A DNA stretch of 64,000 nucleotides from Octopus vulgaris (taxonomy: Eukaryota): the NCBI GenBank assembly GCA_951406725.2, contig OX597829.1, positions 7,440,001 through 7,504,000 on the forward strand, written 5' to 3'. The notes below the pieces were generated by a model that saw nothing but the letters and a program-made list of their open reading frames with translations, was not told the origin of the DNA and did not search any database. Both the position numbers and the translations under genes were made by a program. This document shows positions 57,121 to 64,000 of this stretch, piece by piece. Positions within the stretch are counted from its first letter, which is position 1. Each line of letters begins with the position of its first letter.

Positions 57121-58175
57121 GGGAGGTACGACGACGAGCTCGGAGTGACCTGGACGTCGACGAGGAGTACCTGACCCGCCTGTTCGGGACGACTTTCGGG
57201 CCAGGGCCCATGGACAACTTCCAGAGGGCCCTGGCCTGGCAGTGCTACCGAGAAGCGCTACCCGTTCGGGATAAGCTCTACAGACACGGCTCGAGAAACA
57301 CGGGGCCGACCTGCTCGAGATGCAGTCAGAGCGACGAAACCGCTCTGCACGCACTCGTGCAGTGTCCAACAATTTCCGACTATGGGCTTATGTCGAACAA
57401 CTGCTGTCACGTGTGGGCCGAGTCGGTTTATCAGCTGAGTCTATCGTCAATATTGTCACGCCTCCTTCCTTCAAACGGGAAGGAAGAGCTATTTTCATCA
57501 TCCTTGTGGCTATGGCGAAGGAATGTATCTGGTGGACGCGTCTGAAAGGATTGGAGACAAACACTTTCCTCTCTGGTCAATCTCTCATCAACTTCTTCAA
57601 GTACCACTTGAAAAGGAAAGTGAGAGTAGAGAGGCAAGTTTTGTCTAGCGAATGTTTCAAAAAAAGATGGGTGAATGTAGCAAGGATGGCACGTATGAAT
57701 GACGAAGCCACCTTGAGCATAATCCTAGGAACGCAGAAATTGAAAACAGAGGGTTACCCACTTGCAAACAAATGTGGTAACATATAACAATATTGACCAA
57801 GGTCACCGTGGTCTTTTTCGTAGGCTTTTCTTCCCACGGATAAACCTTACTTGCTTTCCCCTTTACACCATACATCATAACACTGTGATACACGATCCCT
57901 ATTGATCGTTTTTTTTCCTCTTCCCCTTTTTTCCCCTTTTTTCCCCTTTTTCTTCTTTTTTTCATTTCTCTTTTCTTTTGTTCCTTTTCCTTTTTCTTTC
58001 TTTTCTTTTTTTTATTTTTTGTTCTTTTTTTCCCTTTTACGATCCCTTTTGATCGAAAACCTACGCCACCTTTTTTTATGTTTCTTTTGATTTTTTTTTT
58101 TCATCCCCCAAAAGAAAAGCTCTACCTTGTAACTTGTCCCATCTGTGTGCAGCCCTGTGTGGCCAATAAAGAAAC
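57121..58175 (+). mobile_element. Tx1-like LINE, second tandem 3' copy (~1.05 kb)
   Basis: Nearly identical to 55621-56620. Confidence 0.95.
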
Positions 58176-60226
58176 TTAACTATTTATCTATCTTTTTGCC
58201 TGTCAGTCTGCCAATCTACATATCTGTCTATCTTTCTGTCTACCTGTATGTCTGTCTATCAATTTATCTACCTTTTTGTCTGTCGGTCTTACAACCTACC
58301 TATCAGACTAAAAGACAGATAAATAGATACACAGACATACAGGTAAACAGAGACAGATAGACAGATAGGTAGATTGGCAGACCGACAGGCTAAAAGATAG
58401 ATAAATAGATAGGCAGACATACAGGTAGGCAGAGACGGATAGACATAGACAAACATACAGGTAGACAGACAGAGACAGCTAGGTAGATTGCCAATCTACC
58501 TATCTGTCTCTCAGTCTGTCTACCTGCATGTCTGTCTATCAAGTTATCTACCTTTTAGCCTGTCGGTCTGCCAATCTACCTGTCTGTCTCTGTCTGTCTA
58601 CCTGTATGTTTGTCTATGTCTATCTGTCTCTATCTACCTGTATGTCTGTCTATCTATCTATCTATCTTTTAGCCTGTTGGTCTATCTATCTATATATCTG
58701 TCTCTGTCTGTCTACCTGTATGTTTGTCTATGTCTATCTGTCTCTATCTACCTGTATGTCTGTCTATCTATCTATCTATCTATCTTTTAGCCTGTTGGTC
58801 TATCTATCTATATATCTGTCTCTGTCTGTCTACCTGTATGTTTGTCTATGTCTATCTGTCTCTATCTACCTGTATGTCTGTCTATCTATCTATCTATCTT
58901 TTAGCCTGTCAGTCTATCTATCTATATATCTTTCTCTGTCTGTCTACCTGTATGTTTGTCTATGTCTATCTGTCTCTATCTACCTGTATGTCTGTCTGTC
59001 TATCTATCTATCTATCTTTTAGCCTGTTGGTCTATCTATCTATATATCTGTCTCTGTCTGTCTACCTGTATGTTTGTCTATGTCCATCTGTCTCTATCTA
59101 CCTGTATGTCTGTCTATCTATCTATCTAACTTTTAGCCTGTCGGTCTATCTATCTATATATCTGTCTCTGTCTGTCTACCTGTATGTTTGTCTATGTCTA
59201 TCTGTCTCTATCTACCTGTATGTCTGTCTATCTATCTATCTATCTATCTTTTAGCCTGTTGGTCTATCTATCTATATATCTGTCTCTGTCTGTCTACCTG
59301 TATGTTTGTCTATGTCTATCTGTCTCTATCTACCTGTATGTCTGTCTATCTATCTATCTATCTATCTTTTAGCCTGTTGGTCTATCTATCTATATATCTG
59401 TCTCTGTCTGTCTACCTGTATGTTTGTCTATGTCCATCTGTCTCTATCTACCTGTATGTCTGTCTATCTATCTATCTATCTTTTAGCCTGTCGGTCTATC
59501 TATCTATATATCTGTCTCTGTCTGTCTACCTGTATGTTTGTCTATGTCTATCTGTCTCTATCTACCTGTATGTCTGTCTATCTATCTATCTATCTATCTT
59601 TTAGCCTGTGGTCTATCTATCTATATATCTGTCTCTGTCTGTCTACCTGTATGTTTGTCTATGTCTATCTGTCTCTATCTACCTGTATGTCTGTCTATCT
59701 ATCTATCTATCTATCTTTTAGCCTGTTGGTCTATCTATCTATATATCTGTCTCTGTCTGTCTACCTGTATGTTTGTCTATGTCTATCTGTCTCTGTCTAC
59801 CTGTATGTCTGTCTATCTATTTATCTATCTTTTAGCCTGTGGGTCTATCTATCTATATATCTGTCTCTGTCTGTCTACCTGTATGTTTGTCTATGTCTAT
59901 CTGTCTCTGTCTACCTGTATGTCTGTCTATCTATCTATCTATCTTTTAGCCTGTTGGTCTATCTATCTATATATCTGTCTCTGTCTGTCTACCTGTATGT
60001 TTGTCTATGTCTATCTGTCTCTGTCTACCTGTATGTCTGTCTATCTATTTATCTATCTTTTAGCCTGTTGGTCTATCTATCTATATATCTGTCTCTGTCT
60101 GTCTACCTGTATGTTTGTTTATGTCTATCTGTCTCTATCTACCTGTATGTCTGTCTATCAATCTGTCTACCAATCTGTCTACCTGTCTGTCTACCTGTAT
60201 GTCTATGTATTTATCAATCTATCTAA
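58176..60226. repeat. Minisatellite of ~115-122-bp units derived from TCTA/TCTG repeats, with an inverted block at ~58305-58490
   Basis: Anchor ttttagcctg(t/c)(t/c)ggtctatc recurs about every 118 bp from ~58667 to ~60060. Confidence 0.92.
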
Positions 60227-60699
60227 CTTCATTACTTGTGAACATTACTATGCGTTTCATTATATACTGATACTTCATTCTTTATATTTTTTTTTCCTTA
60301 ATTTACTAGATATTCTTAATTTTGTTATTTTATTTCATTCAGACTGGCTGCATCACTTTCTTTTCTTTTTGCTATCTCTGCGATATGGGCTTTTCTGTGT
60401 ATGCCACTTGTGTGCGTCTGTGTCTGTGTGCATGTTTTGCTTTGTTCTTGTGATTTACTTTCATCGATTTTAATGCCAGCTTTATAGATTTCTACTTGGG
60501 CTGTTACCTAAACTACATGATTTATACAACTCATATCTATTCCATTTATCACTTCGTTATTACCTTGTCTTCGCCATTAACGTTCATTTTTTTTTCAACA
60601 GCGACTGTTATCTTCCACATTTGAATTCGTGTATGTGTGCGTATATATGTATGTGTGCATTTGCACATATATGTGTGTATGTGTATGAACATATAGGTA

Positions 60700-61690
<991 letters not shown>

Positions 61691-63318
61691 TGATTATTTA
61701 AATATTTGCGTGTATTTATTTTGATATGTACACAAATTATATATTATATATATATATGTGTATGCATATATTCATACATATGTAAATATATATATGTGTG
61801 TGTGTGTGTGTGTAAATGTATGTGTGTGTGTGCCTGCGTTGGGTGTTTGTTTCTGTTTGTGTGTATATACACTGATGCATATATGTTCAGTTTTTTGCTT
61901 TACGTCATGTTCTTTCGTGTTCAATATCACTATGCCTTATATTAGCGACAATTTTCCCACAATATGCTGCATAGCGATATATCAGTTCAGATGAGATTAC
62001 TAATACATGTGAATGTGTGGGCGTGTGTTTCTATCTGTCTGTGTATAAAGCACTGTTTTCACAAACCGTGATTAATCTTCTTTGGGTTTCTGTGTTGAAC
62101 TTTCTAGAGTTCGTTATCAACGTGTAAATGGCTGAGTAATTAATATATGTATATACACCTAGCGGGAATATCTATTTATGTCAGAGTGGCACAGTGTGTG
62201 ATAGGCCTTAGAATTCAAATTCAGTATTTCCACACATCTTTCTTCATCCCATCAGGAAAGATTAATATAATTAAAATGATTTCATTTCATTTTCCCCTTT
62301 ATTGCAGCATGACTAAAACATCTCTTAAAGTTATTGAAACCGGTGACTTATTCTAATGAAGCTGTAAATACAATCTTACTTTCATTTGATAATAAAGTTC
62401 AAGGCATCTTTTGCTTTTTAATATATCTTTATTCATGTTTTATGTGTACATACATACATACATACACACACACGCACAGTGAACTGGCTTTAAAAGGAGT
62501 GGATATACAACTTCTAGTACGCCTTTTAAAGCCAGTTCGCTGCATCTCATCCGCGTGACACTGATGTGCGATGAGTCGAAACGATCGTAGTGATTAATAA
62601 AGAGTCTTGTGAATTCCACTTTCTTTCACTCATATTTTGTGTGTGTGTGGCCTGTTTTGGAGAAAGTTCTGTTCATGCGAGCCTACTCCAGTGCTCAATA
62701 TACAACCTGGTGCAGGGGTGGGAGATGTACCCTCTCCTGCCACCGTTAAGTACACTACAAGAACTTCGGGTACAATGACTAGGCTTGTTTTGAATACTTG
62801 AGTGTTTTTCCGTTACTTTCTCCAGGCAGGTGGGGGTTTGTGATTGTTCCTCACTCCCAAGTGAGAGTAACGTGAAATGAAGTGTTTTGCACTTAGAAAA
62901 CAACGCAGTACCCGGTCTGGGAGGAAAATCAGCAATCTAGCAATCGCAACTGTAGGACGCTAGCCACTAGATTACACGACTTCCGTGTGCGTGTGTGTTT
63001 ATGAGTGCATTTGTGCGTGCATGTGTGTCTTTGCGCACGCGCGTGCGCATGTGCATGTGTGCGCGCGCGTGTGTGTGTGTAGTTCAAATTTACAGGAAAC
63101 ACAAGACGAAGACAGCTGAGGAAACGACAAGCAGGTGTATTAGTTTTGCGCTCAGGAATAATGGAAAAGTCTTTGACGTTTCGGGCCGATGCTCTTCAAC
63201 AGAAAGTATAGAGAGGAAAGACAATGGAGAGAGAACGAGAAAAATACGGAGAAAAACAGATGTGTAAGGATTAACGGTTCAACATAATAAAATATATACA
63301 TACACACACTTACACACA

Positions 63319-63361
<43 letters not shown>

Positions 63362-63422
63362 GCACGCATGAACAAACACTCATATAGACACACAATCACA
63401 CTCATACACACGCACATATATA

Positions 63423-63798
63423 TTCTTTATTCTTTTACTTGTTCAGTCATTTGACTGCGGCCATGCTGGAGCACTGCATCTAGTCGAAGAAATGGACCTC
63501 TGGACTTATTCATTGTAAGCCTAGTACTTATTCAATCGGTTTCTATTGCTGAACCGCTAAGTTACGGGGACGTAAAAACACCAGCATCGGTTGTCAAACG
63601 ATGGTGGTGAGGACAAACACAGACACAAACACACGAATACATGAGTATATTCGACAGGCTTCTTTCAGTTTCCGTCTACCAAATCCACTTACAAGGCTTT
63701 GGTTGGCCCGAGGCTATAGCAGAAGGCATTTGCCCACGTAATGGGTTTGAACCGCGAACCACGTGGTTGGGGAAAAAGCTTCTTTCCACACAGCCACA

Positions 63799-63800
<2 letters not shown>
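63423..63800 (-). mobile_element. SINE family 3
   Basis: ttcttttacttgttcagtcatttgactgcggccatgctggagcac..ggcttctttcagtttccgtctaccaaatccact..ccacacagccac. Confidence 0.88.
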
Positions 63801-63870
<70 letters not shown>

Positions 63871-63924
63871 CATACATACATACATACATACATACATACA
63901 TACATACATACATACATACATAAC

Positions 63925-63997
<73 letters not shown>

Positions 63998-64000
63998 CAG
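63801..64000. repeat. (TA)(GA)(TACA)(GATA) compound microsatellite
   Basis: Direct reading. Confidence 0.95.

Noticed and set aside
58488-60473. Long SIYL/CLSV ORFs and a CRISPR-like regular spacing
   Set aside because: Tetranucleotide-derived minisatellite; the units are tandem copies without unique spacers, and there are no cas genes.

Overview
Eukaryotic, AT-rich, extremely microsatellite-dense DNA with no host protein-coding exon I can support. The repeat complement resembles an octopus or other cephalopod genome (inference from recalled SINE and LINE families, not verified). Almost all ORFs in the supplied track are microsatellite translation artefacts. The real content is transposable-element debris: (1) at least five diverged families of R4/Dong-clade non-LTR retrotransposons (RT plus C-terminal CCHC and restriction-like endonuclease), about 14 pieces, nearly all in (TAA)n arrays in the matching orientation, including a near full-length chimeric copy at 41.6-46.0 kb; (2) a Tx1/L1-type element (APE plus RT) present three times, always in (TCTA/GATA)n repeats; (3) a ~554-bp non-coding element present three times, only in (TAA)n-type arrays, a candidate non-autonomous partner; (4) three tRNA-derived SINE families, decayed mariner and Tc1 transposons and a non-autonomous Helitron; (5) long palindromes and several degenerate Penelope-type minimal hammerhead ribozyme motifs. 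The best candidate 'system' is a set of microsatellite-targeted retroelements that both use and seed simple repeats, with a covarying 3'-UTR stem-loop shared across Dong families. Element boundaries were read by eye and are approximate.
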